Of a DNA stretch of 64,000 bases, positions 22,330 to 34,784 are shown in pieces. Source of the stretch: Eukaryota sp. TZLM1-RC. Its lineage: Eukaryota > Protista > Metamonada: BaSk clade. Position numbers and translations under genes: made by a program. The stretch is from positions 1,984,001-2,048,000 of the forward strand of contig JAUPSS010000002.1 in NCBI GenBank assembly GCA_040285825.1. The letters run 5' to 3'. Below the pieces are notes generated by a model. It ran no database searches, had not been told where the DNA came from, and saw nothing but the letters and a program-made list of their open reading frames with translations. Position 1 is the first letter of the stretch, and every line of letters starts with the position of its first letter.

Positions 22330-24600
22330 AACTGCAGTTTGATCAAATTCCTTTGAATGAATCACATCCTTTATTAATTTCTCTCGAGAACATGGTGCAG
22401 GAACTACCTATTGATGTGTGGAATAACTGTTTTCCTTCAAGTTTGCCTTCTGTACCTTCGAGATCTTTGTCCAATCTTCATCTTGCTGTTGTGAAATTAC
22501 AGAAGTCTGTTTCCATTGGTTTTGAAGACCTGGACTTCTCTAAACGACTTAGTGTGACTAAGATTATTAATCCCGTCCTTGCTGCTTTTTTATCAGACAT
22601 CCAGAATTGCACTAGCTTAATATTTCAGCAACAAACTTTGAATAAACTTTGACCTGCTTTCTTCTTCAGGTGTTAAACAAGGTCCTTTTTTCTTTTGTCT
22701 GGCAATTCATCCATTAATGTGCGAATTAAAAGAAAAATTCCCAGAAATCGATATTGTAGCATATATGGATGGCATTTCTGTAATTGCTCCTATTACAATT
22801 CTGAAACAAATAGCAACTTTTATTCAACAGCGTTATGAAGATATTGGTCTCTCATTGAATATCTGCAAATTTTTGATTATTGGCCATGAACCAATTGATT
22901 TTTTCATTAATGATTTCAATGATCAGTCTGGTTTTCGTTTTTTGGGTTGTTATCTCGGAAATTTTGGAGAAGTCAAATGCCAACTTTTGACTCTGTTGAC
23001 TCAATTTGGAAATGAATTAGAATCAATAGAAAATTTTAATATTGTGAAACATTTGAAATTCTTTTTCCTAAAAATTTGTTATTCTGGAAAATTTACTCAT
23101 ATGTTGAGATCAACATAACCATCAATTTCTTTGGAGTTTTGTCGAATTTTTAATGAACAAAGAACCAATTTTTTAGCAAAATTATTGGAAATTGATGCAT
23201 CTCAATTTCGAAGCCACATTTTTTGTGGTACAAATTTTGGTGGTGTTGATTTTCATAAATCAAGCTACCTTTGTAAAGCTTCCTCTATTGGAGGTGGTAA
23301 AAATTTTATTTATGAATTTATGAATCGTTTTCCTGAAAAAAAGTGATCTCATTGAAAATTGTGACAGCTCTTATCTGATTTTTTTGCAACAGGAAATTGA
23401 AACTCTGTCACCCAATATTTGGTCTAAATGTTTCCCCTCTGATATTGTGGAACTTCCTCCAAGAAGCTTGCTCTCCTTTCCACTGACTTTTGCAAAATTG
23501 CAGAAAAAATCTTGAAAGTTTTAGAAAACTTGGATTATATTGTACGTCTTAGCATGGCTAAAAAAATCCCGTTTTTGCAAACTTTTTGATTGATCTTGAA
23601 GACAGTTGCTCAAGTTGCCTACTCTCCCAAATTCCCAACTTTTATGGCCTTCTACTTAATGATCACCAATGGACCACTGCAATGAGAATGAGATGTTTTC
23701 TGAGATGTTTCGTGATCAATTATATGCCATGTGCAAAAGTTTCAATATAGAGGCATTTATTGAGCCATTAGTACGTAAGCTGTCCTTAGATCAAACTGAT
23801 GATTCCTTTGGTAAAAGAAGAGCAGATTTAGTAGCTCCAGGGATCGATGGTGTTCTCAATGTTGTAGATGTTGTCTCAGTTGATGTTTGCAAAAATTCTG
23901 CTGCTCGTTTAGGGTATTCCGCTGATTCGCCGTTATCTAACGCCGAAAAAAAGAAGATAAAAAAATATGAAGAACCTTTGGCACAGTTAGGTAGAGTGGA
24001 ACATGTGAAATATCAGTTTGTGCCGTTTGCAATTTCTCTTTTTGGCAATATTGGACCTTCAGGGTTGCACTTTTTTGCAAATTTCAAAAAAGTGTTACTG
24101 AATAGGTCTGGTAAAACAATGAATTCCACTTTCTGGTTAAATAGAATTGTTTTTTTGCATTTTCAAGTCTATTTCAACAATGATTTCAAAGGCACTTTTA
24201 GCTAGTGGTGTAGAATATGAACGTAATGCTGTGAGTAGGTTTAGTAATAGTGAAGCTTGTTTGGAGGATATTGAATTCTAGATAGATTCGTTTTATTTCA
24301 ATAAATATTCCAGTTAGTTAAAAGAAATATTTCAGCAACCATGGCCATTTGGTCTTCGCTTAACAAATGAAGCTTGGAAACAAAACATGCGTTTGAGATT
24401 AGGGCTGTATCCAAGTGGTCTTTTGGATAATTCTGTTTGTATTTGTAACGAAAAGCCGACTGTCAATTTCCATCATATTGTAAGTTGTAAGAAATTTCTT
24501 CAATATCGGTCAGTTCTTCATAATGCCGTTGGTGATGTGACATATGAGATGTTTAAGTGTTACAATTTTAGTTGCAAGTTTAATCAAGCGTACTATTTGT
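22330..24600 (+). mobile_element. Cluster of degenerate non-LTR fragments (RT core, family E RLE end, a further family fragment)
   Basis: SSSGVKQG, IVAYMDG, FRFLGCYLG, RRADLVAPGIDG..VVDV, FWLNRIVF, CICNEK..HHIVSC..HNAV. Confidence 0.85.
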
Positions 24601-24647
24601 CAAGATGTTGAATAATTAATTTAAAACTAAATGGTTATAAAATAAAT

Positions 24648-24687
24648 AGGAACTTATAAGTGCCATAAGGAACATATAAGTGCCATA
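24648..24687 (+). repeat. 20-bp tandem duplication
   Basis: AGGAAC(T/A)TATAAGTGCCATA x2. Confidence 0.85.
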
Positions 24688-25564
24688 CGTTGTAGATTGA
24701 TCAAGCAGATACTGGTGGTTTACTTGGAAAAATGAGTCTATTTATTTTGGCTCTCCAATTCGTGCCTAAACTTCCGAAACTTTCATCAGCCTGAGAGCTT
24801 TATAGTAGCAAACCTCGCAAACTTCGCAAATTACTACTAACATTTATGAATTAAACTTAGCAATCTACTGACCTGTTTCTCAGTTACATATAATGCCTAT
24901 ATTGAAAAGTGATTTAATATTTGAAAGTCCAATTGCAATGCTCTCCTCAGACTCTGAGCATGAAGCAATTACTCCATCAGCTATTACAAACTCACCATCA
25001 TCTGTGATTGTTGAACCAGGAACACCCTTATGGGGTTCTGATCAAAATGTAATTGATTCACCTCAATTCTTTATTGTACATTTTCATACAGGGGGAGATT
25101 GGGAGGATGAATATGAAGCAGTGGATCCTGATGTTTTCTTTGGTACTTAATAATTTATCAATGAGATTTTTCAGTTTGAACATCATGAGTATTGGTGTTT
25201 AAAAAGTGGTATAATGTTAAAGAGTTCTTTAATAAAATATTGTATTCAAATCTTAAATCTACTGAACCTTCTAAAGATATATTACCATATTAATACAAAG
25301 ATAATAAAACCAACAACCAGCAGTCATATTACACAGTAAACTTACATTGAAATGACATCTTTCTGGAAACAATTCTATCAATTGCAAAAAGAAATTGAAA
25401 AAAACGACAACAACAAAGGATGGATTTAAACAGCAGTATAATTAATCGAATGACTGAAAGAACAATTAGTTTATTACAAGGTGAAGTATTTCAAGAAATC
25501 AATATTCCCCACGAAATTGATTACTCGTTGAACAAACATAAGAATGAACAAAAACTAAACCTGT

Positions 25565-26090
25565 AGCAGAATAGCAGAAAGGGAAGCAACTTTATCCCAA
25601 TTCAATTCCAAAAGCTGCAGGTTTGATGGATTTATGGAGTAAATTAAACTAAAGAATTTTGTGAATAGTATTGTTGGTGAAGTCTATCATCAAAAAATAT
25701 TTAGGAAACTAAGATGGTGGACTGAGATTAATCGCACAAGATCTGAGGCGAAGATGATCCAGAGATTCAAATCAGTAATTGGTGATCCCAACCAAGTAGT
25801 TATTGGAATCGGAGACTGGGAACAACCAAAACACATGAAATTCAAAGAACCTACCAAAGGAAAAGATTTGAGCATTTTATTTAAAAAGGCTGGCTATAAG
25901 GTCTTTTTGATTGATGAGTTTCGAACCAGTTGCTGTTGTTTCAACTGTAAGAAAGCTCAGAAGACAGTTGAAACATTCCGGTGGTGCAGAAATCCTAGGC
26001 CATGGAAGAAACATGAGTCTATTCGCCACGGGCTTACCATGTGGTAAACATTCGAAAGTTTGTGGAATAGAAATCGAAACGCTTCGCTGA
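25565..26090 (+). pseudogene. Fanzor C-terminal remnant
   Basis: EATLSQFNSKSC, FRKLRWW, IGIGDWEQ..EPTKGK, LIDEFRTSCCCFNC (RuvC-II), HGL and frameshifted WNRNRNASL (RuvC-III, D>N). Confidence 0.85.
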
Positions 26091-26204
26091 TGGTTCAAAG
26101 CAAAAAGTATCAGGAAGAAAATCTTCCACTTCTCAAAAACTCAGTCCCTCCACATCGGTGTAAAAAGGACACTTATTTCATTGTTACAGACATCATCTGT
26201 CAGA

Positions 26205-26864
26205 ATGAGCGACACTAATTTTGAAGATTTTGAAGATTTTGAAGAGTTTGAACAAGAACAGGACTTTTCTGATGATGATTACTTACCATTTGTAAGACCA
26301 ACTCCTCAAAAACAGGAAGAAGTCGATTTACGACATCCCCCAGCTCCTATACCGAAACAGAGTTCACACATGGCAACCAGAAGGCTTATGACAGACTTGA
26401 TGGAAATTCAGCGATGTCCTGTTGCAAAAAAGCTGTTTTCTGTGACTCCCCACCCAGATGATTTCTATGTATGGGATGCCAAGCTTTTCGGTTACGATGA
26501 GTCAGACCAACCATTGTTTGGTGACTTGAAGAAGTTTTGTTATGACGCTATTACATTGGAAATCAGATTTTGTGACCAGTTTCCTTCCTTACCTCCATTC
26601 ATTCGAGTAGTGAGTCCCATCTTTGAGTTTAGGACAGGGCATGTTGTTCTTGGAGGAGGTGTGTGTCATCAAGCCCTGAGTACAGACAACTGGAGTCCCG
26701 CACTCACGGTACACACGTTGCTTAATGATATCAGGATCAATCTGGTGATCGGGAATGCCAGATTAAGCAGTAACCAAGACCTTCATCAATATTCATTATC
26801 TGCCGCAACCAGTAGTTATACAAGAGCAATGTCTGTGCATGGTTGGAAGGCTAAACGGCTTTGA
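26205..26864 (+). CDS. UBE2Q: Ubiquitin-conjugating enzyme E2 Q-like
   Basis: ATRRLMTDL, FPSLPPFIRVVSP, GHVVLGGGVC (active-site Cys), WSPA, terminal HGW; first ATG at 26205. Confidence 0.85.
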   Translation: MSDTNFEDFEDFEEFEQEQDFSDDDYLPFVRPTPQKQEEVDLRHPPAPIPKQSSHMATRRLMTDLMEIQRCPVAKKLFSVTPHPDDFYVWDAKLFGYDESDQPLFGDLKKFCYDAITLEIRFCDQFPSLPPFIRVVSPIFEFRTGHVVLGGGVCHQALSTDNWSPALTVHTLLNDIRINLVIGNARLSSNQDLHQYSLSAATSSYTRAMSVHGWKAKRL

Positions 26865-27297
26865 TTTTGGTGTAGAGAATTCAGTATAAAAAAGGTAAAA
26901 CTTTTAATAAAACAAGAAAAATAAGTGATTATAATGTTTTTAGTATTGTCAAATTGATCCAAGTCATTTTGTTGAGCAATTATCAGAAATTTATTTCACT
27001 GGTTTTATTTGATGTATTAGTTGCTGTATTAGACATTATTAAGATATGCTATTTCTTTGCCAAAAGGTGACAAATATTTTTATTGAAATGATTTAATTAA
27101 TTTATCCCTCAATTGTGATCATATTGTGCTAGAAGTTCTAGCCTAGAACGATTCGTTGCGCCATTAATGACAATATGTTCATCAAAATCACGGAAAATGT
27201 AATTACTAGATTTATTGTTTTCCTTCAAATAAATGATATTGAAATTACATAATCTGAAGCTAATCATTTGAACCAAGAGAAACTTTGACCAAAAACA

Positions 27298-30200
27298 CTA
27301 CTCTGATTCAGAGCCAGATTGACTAAATTTTGGTTGAATAGGTTTCAAAAAGACTAAAAGTTCATTATCAGTAGCCACTGGAACAGCATTGACCACAGTA
27401 GCTTCAACAATTTGTAAACTACTAATTTTCACCTCAACTACATTTCTAGCACAACTTAATTGACTGAGTGAATGGTTTGGGAAGAGAGTGTTAACAGATG
27501 ATCCACGAACTACACCCTCAGGCTGGTTTTGGCCTAACTTGTACTCAGTAATACTACAACTTGCCTTATCAAGAAGAACATACCACAAACCAGATTCTTT
27601 AACAATAGATTTGGACACGATATCAAGGGTTTTAATTCGATTCTCCATTTGAGTGTATTCAGTGTAATCTTTGATATAAGCACAAAAATGTCGACTGCCA
27701 TCAGCCAGTTTGATTTCGGAAAGAGTCAAAAGCGCCGGGAAAAAGGTTCCATCACTCTTGACACCCGTAACAAGTCTACCAGAACCAATAACTTTCTTCC
27801 TGCCTGTAGTTAAATAGTTGTTCATGTACTGATGGTGAACCTTAGCATGCTCCTCTGGCATCAACAGTGTTACATTTTCCCCAATGACTTCACTGGCTGG
27901 ATAACCAAAGATTTTCTCTGCGGCTTCATTAAAGCTCTCAATCACCCCTGTTTCGGTTGATGTGATGATAGCATCAGAAGCCAAGCTGAGAATAGAATTG
28001 GTCCTCGATTCGTTATCTTTTAGCAGCCTATCAGTATCCACTTCCTCGAGTTCGTCTGTGGAATTCAACAAGCTTTTAAGCAGAGGGACGGCTTCTATAA
28101 CAGAGTCTGGAATGGTTTTTAAAAGCGATATCGTATCATGACTTTCTTTTTCAATAGTAGAAACTAGAGAAGAGTAAATGACAAACCTTACAACTAACAA
28201 TGTGAACAACAAAACAGCTAGGGATACTCCAAAGGCTACTGGAACTCTGGTGATGATGGATAGACTGTTGTTATGAATAATATAAGATAAGACATAGAAA
28301 GCTGGACGAACGGCTGATTCATAGGTCACAAATAATAGTTCAAAAAGGTCATCTTCCGTGGACTTTGTTTGACTTTCCTCTGAATAGTCCCAAATAAGGT
28401 TCAAAAAACGCGTGATCAAGTCATCAATTCCATTAGAATTAAAATCTTCCAAAGAGAGATCATCATCATTACAATCAATTGCACCATTTAGATTGAAACA
28501 AAAAGCATTGAAAAATAAATCATCAATAATATACGATCTCCCAATTAAGGAATATTTAAACTTGAGCTTGGAGAAGAGCTCAAGTGACAAGTTGACATGA
28601 TCAAAAATTTCGTTCTTGACCTCAGACATGTTGTTATTTGAATATTTCCGGTCAAAAACTTTCTGAACTGTTGTGTCGATACTGGCCATTGTCTCCCATA
28701 GCAAAGAAATCTCGGCCAATTGATACGAATCATCAAACAATAGTAAAAATACAAAACCAAATATCAAAATCAAAGTAAACAAAATGACCATGACCCCTGC
28801 CCAAGAAGTTCTGTGTTGACTGACCAAGACTTTTCTTTCACTTTCTCTTGCTGCTGACGTCATGACAACTGGTGCAGTCCTCTTCTGGACAGGTTTCTTT
28901 TCCTTCTTCTTACCTTCAGCCTCTTGAAGTTCTGAATCACTTATATCATCTCCACTGTTCATCACCTCCTCCTCCTCAGATTCTTGATCCAAAGACCGGG
29001 CGAGTTTGGCGACATAGATCTTGGGGATAGCATAGAAGATATTCAAGATTCTTTTCTTGGCCACAGTAATTTTTTGAATTGAGGGTTTAATTACTAAAAA
29101 AGAAATCAATAACGTAGAAATTGCCGCTAAAACAAAGAAAAACAAGTAAATTAATGCAATTCTTGATAAATAATTGTAATAAAAAACACCAAATTCTTGA
29201 ATAGCTTCAACTACATACCTACCCAGACTTTCAAAATTATTAATGATTAATTCTGGGAAATAAGAATTAAATTCTGAATTAAATTCAGTTTGACCAGATT
29301 TGACAGCAACCCCAGCCATAATAAAGCTATTAAAACTGTCTAAAAGGAAACTGCTTCGATTGAATTTCCCATCATAAAATTTGATTTCCAAATCATTCCA
29401 AACAGAAGACTCAGATCCAATTTTGGAATTTTGAAAATAAAAAACATCAAAAATTCGTTCACGAAGTCCCTCCAAACTTAATTGAAAAGCCTGATTCAAA
29501 GTCAGCACTTCTCCATCACTAGGAAAAACATTAATCTTGTCTAAATCTAATGGCAAAGCAAGACTCTTCACATTTCGGGTCACAGCTTCACTAAATAAAG
29601 CAATTCTTGAGGTCAACGCGCTTGCCTCCGCTCCTGAATTCGTAATGTCAACTATATCAATGAGTTGTGATGTTGAAAATAAGGAATATACAAAGCAAGA
29701 AGTGATAATAACAATCAGAATAACAAAGATTCTGAAAAGACTTTTGCTGACTTTTACTTCCTTTATGACCTGTTTATTGTTATCTTGATCTTGCTCATCA
29801 ATATCAAAAGAAGAAATGGACAACGATAGATTTGTCCCTGTCGCGGTTCCTGTGTGCTCAGACTTTTCTTGACTATTATGACCATCCACGTCATCAGCAC
29901 GTGACAAATAATAGCTACTTCTTCCTTCCTCTTTCTTGATGTCATGTAGATAGGTGGCGTAGGTTCTTAACGCTTGAACGTTAGACGGGAATCTTGTTAG
30001 TAATCTGCTGAAGGCAGCGTCAGCTTTTGATTGGTTTTGGGAAATTTTACGCATTTGGGCCAAAAGAGAGTCGGGGTCAGGCACGTCATCTAGCAAAATA
30101 CTCCAAAAATTCGAAATTGTACGTTGGCAATCAATAGTTTTTCGCCTTGCACTTCTGAAAAGCCTGTTGAATTCAAGAATCACGTCACCTGAAAGTTCAT

Positions 30201-31671
30201 TATGACCCTCTTGAGAGGCAACAGTTTCTCTTAATTTAACAGTGCAAAAGTACTCAAACAAAAGACCAAAATTCTGATTATTGGACCTCTTGGCTCGTTG
30301 TAGCTGCGAAAAAGCCAATGAAGGATTCCTGAGATAAATTATGGAAACAAAAGCCCCTTTGATTGGCAATAATAAAGAATTGTTGAATTGATCTAGACCT
30401 AAGCGCAGGACTTCATTAGCAATGGTTCCTCTAGTGTCATTCTCTGTCGACATTCCGAAATTTTTAGTTTCGAGCTCACCATCGACATCAGGGGGAAGTG
30501 GTAAAAAATTTCGTTTCAAAAATGATCTCTTCTTGTATAACTGATTTTTGGTATGAATATTTGACCTTTTTTGACCTTTGGAATAGAGTACTCGAAGACT
30601 AAGTGCTACTTGGTGCTCTGAATCAAAAACAGTCAAGTTCTGTGTTTGTGGTTTATCCAATTCTTCAGCTGTAGAGGTCATTAAATTCATAGAGTCGATT
30701 GAATTCAACGAACCAGTCGAGACTAGGTCATTATTTGGTTGATTTTGATCTGATATTTGTTGAGTAATCATTTGCAAAGGCTTCAGTTTTTTAGTTCTTT
30801 GGTAACATGAAACAACAATGCCAAGTGCCAAAAATGCAATAGAAATGAAGTACAAAAAAGTAGAAACACTGCTGAAAAAGGATAAAATTAATAAATAGCC
30901 GAAAACAAAAAACAACCCTGTAATGAAATCATTAGATTTAGGATTATAAAATGGTTGGTGAAGAATTAAAGATTTAATCGCAAAATAACTAAAAATCAAA
31001 AGAATAATCATTAATTGAATCTGATAGTTTGATAACAGCAATTCAAAAGACTTGGAAAAAAGACAAATAGCCATAAAGTAAAAAAAAGTGCTCGAACTAG
31101 ATCGGGCTAATAAGACCTGTGAGTTTAATTCATGGTCAAAATAAAAGGTCATTGAAATAATAGACAAGAAAATTAAAAGAAGGATGGCAATCAAGGATAA
31201 AACAAACTTCAATACAAAAACTCCAGTAAAGCAAAGATCTAATGTGCTGACGTGCCCACACGTGGCATAGAAGGAGAAGAGGTTCAGGAGAGGCAGGAAG
31301 AGCCATGTTGAGACTCCAGTATAGATGTGGTGGAATAGGAAAAGAAGTGGGTAGGGTAGAGTAAAAGAAGATGATTTGGTTGATATAAGGATGCAAACGA
31401 ATACAAAAATTAGAATAGAAGAACCAGCCCAGAAAATAATCTCAATATTACTAGAGAGAATGGAGGACTGAGGGGGATTTGTTAGTAGAGAGATTGAGGG
31501 AGTCAGAGCAGGAAGTTGCTGTACGACAGGAGCAAGAGAAAGGAGATGTGAGGCCAGTACCAGTGAAAAAAGCAGCTGCCATACAAATGCTAATTGTCCC
31601 ACCTGTTTAGCTGCATAGAGTAGAGGAAAGAATTTATGTACCAAGCGCTGCAGTGACCTCGTTAGAGTCAT
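27298..31671 (-). CDS. TmcB/TmcC-type multi-pass membrane protein with C-terminal FixL-like PAS domain
   Basis: Multiple TM clusters; FP.NVQALRTYATYL TPR-like segment; PAS DAIITSTETGVIESFNEAAEKIFGY...LMPEEHAKVHHQYMNNYLTTGRKKVIGSGR...DGTFFP. First ATG at 31671. Confidence 0.75.
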   Translation of the reverse strand: MTLTRSLQRLVHKFFPLLYAAKQVGQLAFVWQLLFSLVLASHLLSLAPVVQQLPALTPSISLLTNPPQSSILSSNIEIIFWAGSSILIFVFVCILISTKSSSFTLPYPLLFLFHHIYTGVSTWLFLPLLNLFSFYATCGHVSTLDLCFTGVFVLKFVLSLIAILLLIFLSIISMTFYFDHELNSQVLLARSSSSTFFYFMAICLFSKSFELLLSNYQIQLMIILLIFSYFAIKSLILHQPFYNPKSNDFITGLFFVFGYLLILSFFSSVSTFLYFISIAFLALGIVVSCYQRTKKLKPLQMITQQISDQNQPNNDLVSTGSLNSIDSMNLMTSTAEELDKPQTQNLTVFDSEHQVALSLRVLYSKGQKRSNIHTKNQLYKKRSFLKRNFLPLPPDVDGELETKNFGMSTENDTRGTIANEVLRLGLDQFNNSLLLPIKGAFVSIIYLRNPSLAFSQLQRAKRSNNQNFGLLFEYFCTVKLRETVASQEGHNELSGDVILEFNRLFRSARRKTIDCQRTISNFWSILLDDVPDPDSLLAQMRKISQNQSKADAAFSRLLTRFPSNVQALRTYATYLHDIKKEEGRSSYYLSRADDVDGHNSQEKSEHTGTATGTNLSLSISSFDIDEQDQDNNKQVIKEVKVSKSLFRIFVILIVIITSCFVYSLFSTSQLIDIVDITNSGAEASALTSRIALFSEAVTRNVKSLALPLDLDKINVFPSDGEVLTLNQAFQLSLEGLRERIFDVFYFQNSKIGSESSVWNDLEIKFYDGKFNRSSFLLDSFNSFIMAGVAVKSGQTEFNSEFNSYFPELIINNFESLGRYVVEAIQEFGVFYYNYLSRIALIYLFFFVLAAISTLLISFLVIKPSIQKITVAKKRILNIFYAIPKIYVAKLARSLDQESEEEEVMNSGDDISDSELQEAEGKKKEKKPVQKRTAPVVMTSAARESERKVLVSQHRTSWAGVMVILFTLILIFGFVFLLLFDDSYQLAEISLLWETMASIDTTVQKVFDRKYSNNNMSEVKNEIFDHVNLSLELFSKLKFKYSLIGRSYIIDDLFFNAFCFNLNGAIDCNDDDLSLEDFNSNGIDDLITRFLNLIWDYSEESQTKSTEDDLFELLFVTYESAVRPAFYVLSYIIHNNSLSIITRVPVAFGVSLAVLLFTLLVVRFVIYSSLVSTIEKESHDTISLLKTIPDSVIEAVPLLKSLLNSTDELEEVDTDRLLKDNESRTNSILSLASDAIITSTETGVIESFNEAAEKIFGYPASEVIGENVTLLMPEEHAKVHHQYMNNYLTTGRKKVIGSGRLVTGVKSDGTFFPALLTLSEIKLADGSRHFCAYIKDYTEYTQMENRIKTLDIVSKSIVKESGLWYVLLDKASCSITEYKLGQNQPEGVVRGSSVNTLFPNHSLSQLSCARNVVEVKISSLQIVEATVVNAVPVATDNELLVFLKPIQPKFSQSGSESE

Positions 31672-32089
31672 TGCGGGTAGACAGAAAGGGAAACTGCAGT
31701 ATTTGGTGAAAAAAATGGTATTTTGAATAGCTGTATTTGCAGAGTAGACAAACAAACAAATAGAAACAATCAGTAGTATCCCTAAATCTTTTATTTAGAT
31801 TAGTTGGCTTTGCATCTTTTTAAGCTTTGGTAGTAATAATATCAATGATTCCCATTATCTCTCTGATTTTCCCTGTGAGTAGTGGAACCTAAGGCTAATA
31901 TTTCACTGTGTTTACTGATGAAATGAATGTTTTATTATTAGAATGGCACTGTGGGTTCAGTGATTTAGAAAGAAGTTCATGGCCTCGAGTGTAAAAATAA
32001 TTAGGGTTATAAACAATTACTACAAAATCAAGATCTATACATCCTATTCTTGTTTTTCGATACATATTTTATTCAAACAAAATTATAAA

Positions 32090-32415
32090 AAAACTAAAAA
32101 TCAATCTCCTCACACTCCACATCTACTATAGAACACTTACCTACAGCTTTTTCTTCATAAAATTTTCGTAGTGATAACAACGAGCTAGAAACAAGACTAT
32201 ACATTCACTTAAAAACCAGAAAATACAATTCTGTTTTGCCAAAAGGTTCGGTCAAATATTCTTCCAGTTCTATTTCTGACAATAGATGAGAAATCGTCCA
32301 ACAAAGATAACGCAGTTTTACCCAAGGTTCCAAATAAAGAAAAAGCAAAAGGACAAAGAAGGTATTGAGTATGTTAGTTGGAATTCAGAATATTGATTTT
32401 TTCCGTGTACTTTAT
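32090..32415 (-). mobile_element. Non-LTR 3' end fragment
   Basis: YLLCPFAFSLFGTLGK...RTGRIFDRTFWQNRIVF. Confidence 0.75.
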
Positions 32416-32424
32416 CTAGAATAT

Positions 32425-34630
32425 TTTTATTCAACAACAAATATGAAATACACAATTAAAACTCCACATCCTCAAAACCTGCCTCCCCTACATCAAAACA
32501 ATTAATCGCTAAAGATTCAGAAAATTTCCCAAAAGAAGATAGTGAATCAGAAATTAGTGTTACCATTCCCTTAAAAATAGAAAATACAATCCTGTTTTGC
32601 CAGTAAACACGATTGAAAATTCTTCCAGTTCTTTCCTTTACAACTACAACAAAATCCTCAAGGAAAGCCATAGCAGCCTTACCTAGAGATCCAAGCAAAG
32701 AAAAAACAAATGGACATAAATTATATTGGGCATGAGAATTTTCATTAACCGAGGAAATGGGTTTCGCATATTTAGCAATTTTATATTTTTCGCCTGCAAG
32801 AAGAGGATTATTTTCATCCGAGTTAATGAAATGTTCGTTAGAGGAATTACAAGGGTCAATAGACATGGCGTCCAAAATAGTAAAACTACCATTTAAACCG
32901 GGAACAACTAGATCACCTCTAGTCAAACCCATAGAAGCTCTGTTGTAACGCGTACTATCAATATTGGGATCATCAAGAATTAATTTTGATACCAGCGGTT
33001 CTAAAAAGGAATCTACACGATATGATTTGCACATTACATAAATTTGGTCCCTGACGTTATTATGCACTTTGCTTCTATACGTAATGAAATGTTTACAGTT
33101 CAAAAGATGAGTAAACAAAAGAGGTTTACCACATTTACAAGTTAAATGATTGGGCAAATTGTTTGGCCACAGAAAACAACGAAAACGCATGTTTAAAAGC
33201 CATTCATTGTCTTTTAGCAAAAGTCCATAAACAGAGGGAACTTGAGTTACTAAAGCAGCAGCAGAACTATCACGAATATCCTTTAAAAAATTACCGAAAG
33301 CGGGATTTTTTAGTTTTGGCCAAGCCAAGTCTTACTTCATAATCCAAGCCTTCATATAATTTAACCAGATGGTGCTGAAGCTTTTTCAAGCAAAAACGTA
33401 AATTTGGAAGTGATCGAGTGGGAATTTCTTGAACGTTTTGAGGAAAACACTGAATCCAGATATCACTAGGCAAATTTTCTAATTCAAATTGCAGTTGATT
33501 CAAGTAAAAATTTGATTCACCATTGATCAGATGAACATCAAAAGGGAACCTTTGGAAAAATTCAAAACAAAATTTTTACCACCTCCCAAAAATGCTGCTT
33601 TACACAGAATCGAAGATTTGGTGAATCCAATTCCACCCAAATCTGCTGAACAAAATACATGACTTCGAATTAAAGATTCATTTACTTCTAATAAAGAAGA
33701 AAAAAATTTGACTCGAAGTTTGTTAAAAAGATCTGCAAAAATTGAGAGATACCGAAGGGGAGTTGACCTTAAAATATGAGTGAATTTTCCAGAATAACAA
33801 ATTTTTAAAATAAAAAATTTGATGTGTTTCTCAATGTCACATTCAGCGATAAAACTAAGACTTTTGTCAAACTTCTCCAATAAATTGTTTAACTGGGAAT
33901 AAATTTCATCCAAATTGCCAAGCCAACATCCAAGAAACTTAAAAGCTTGTTGGTCATAATTGATAAAAGGAATCTGAGCTCCACCAATCATCAAAGATTG
34001 TTTTTCTCTACCAATCAAGAGACATTTAGATGGGTTCAAAGCTAAACCAATTTCTTTGTATTTCGCCGCAATGTCTTCAGAAACCATAGAAATGCTTTCA
34101 AAAGAACCAATAATAGAAATGTCATCCATATAGGCAACAATACGCAAATCAGGGAAATCTTGTTGTGTCATTTTAATAATATTATGAATAGCCAAACAAA
34201 ACAGCAAAGGGCCAAGAGGATCACCTTGTTTCACACCAGAAGAAGATTCAAGGGTAAAGGAGTCAAAAATTAAGTCTGATTTTTTTCCATAAAATAAATA
34301 AAAATATGCAGAAAGTTCAGGAAAATCATGAAGAAGCACATCAAAAATACAATCACGTTTCACAGAATCACGTTTCCGTGTACTTGATAATTTTCGCTTC
34401 TTCAGCTCTACGTAAAGGTGAATTATAAGATTATGCCAGTTTTTCATTTGAGGTGTTTGATACATCAGTAGATCTGACATCAATAATGATCATTGATCCA
34501 TCAAGTCCAGGAACTAGCACATCACCACGGTTGTCACGGAAAAAAATTTCTGTCAGATTCATCAGCCAAATTTGAAAACAAAGGTTCTAAAAAAGATTCA
34601 ATCTTGAAGGACTTGAACACAATAAAACTG
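32425..34630 (-). mobile_element. Longest family D copy (RT + CCHC + RLE, frameshifted), with an adjacent fragment upstream
   Basis: SSSGVKQGDPLGPLLFCLAI, IVAYMDDISI, FKFLGCWLG, LGGIG, CKCG..HLLNC, HNNVRD, RGDLVVPG..ILDAM. Confidence 0.9.
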
Positions 34631-34784
34631 ATCACATCCTATTCGTCTTTTTGAATAATGCTTTGTTGGTATTTTTCTATTTGTAATTTGAATAATGCAC
34701 TTTATCTCTCAAAAATGATTTCAATGTAATGAGTCAATATTGACGGAAACTAATTTACAGACAATTAAATCGCGACCCTAAAAC

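Noticed and set aside
24648-24687. CRISPR-like repeat
   Set aside because: Only two adjacent units, no spacer and no cas genes; eukaryotic context.
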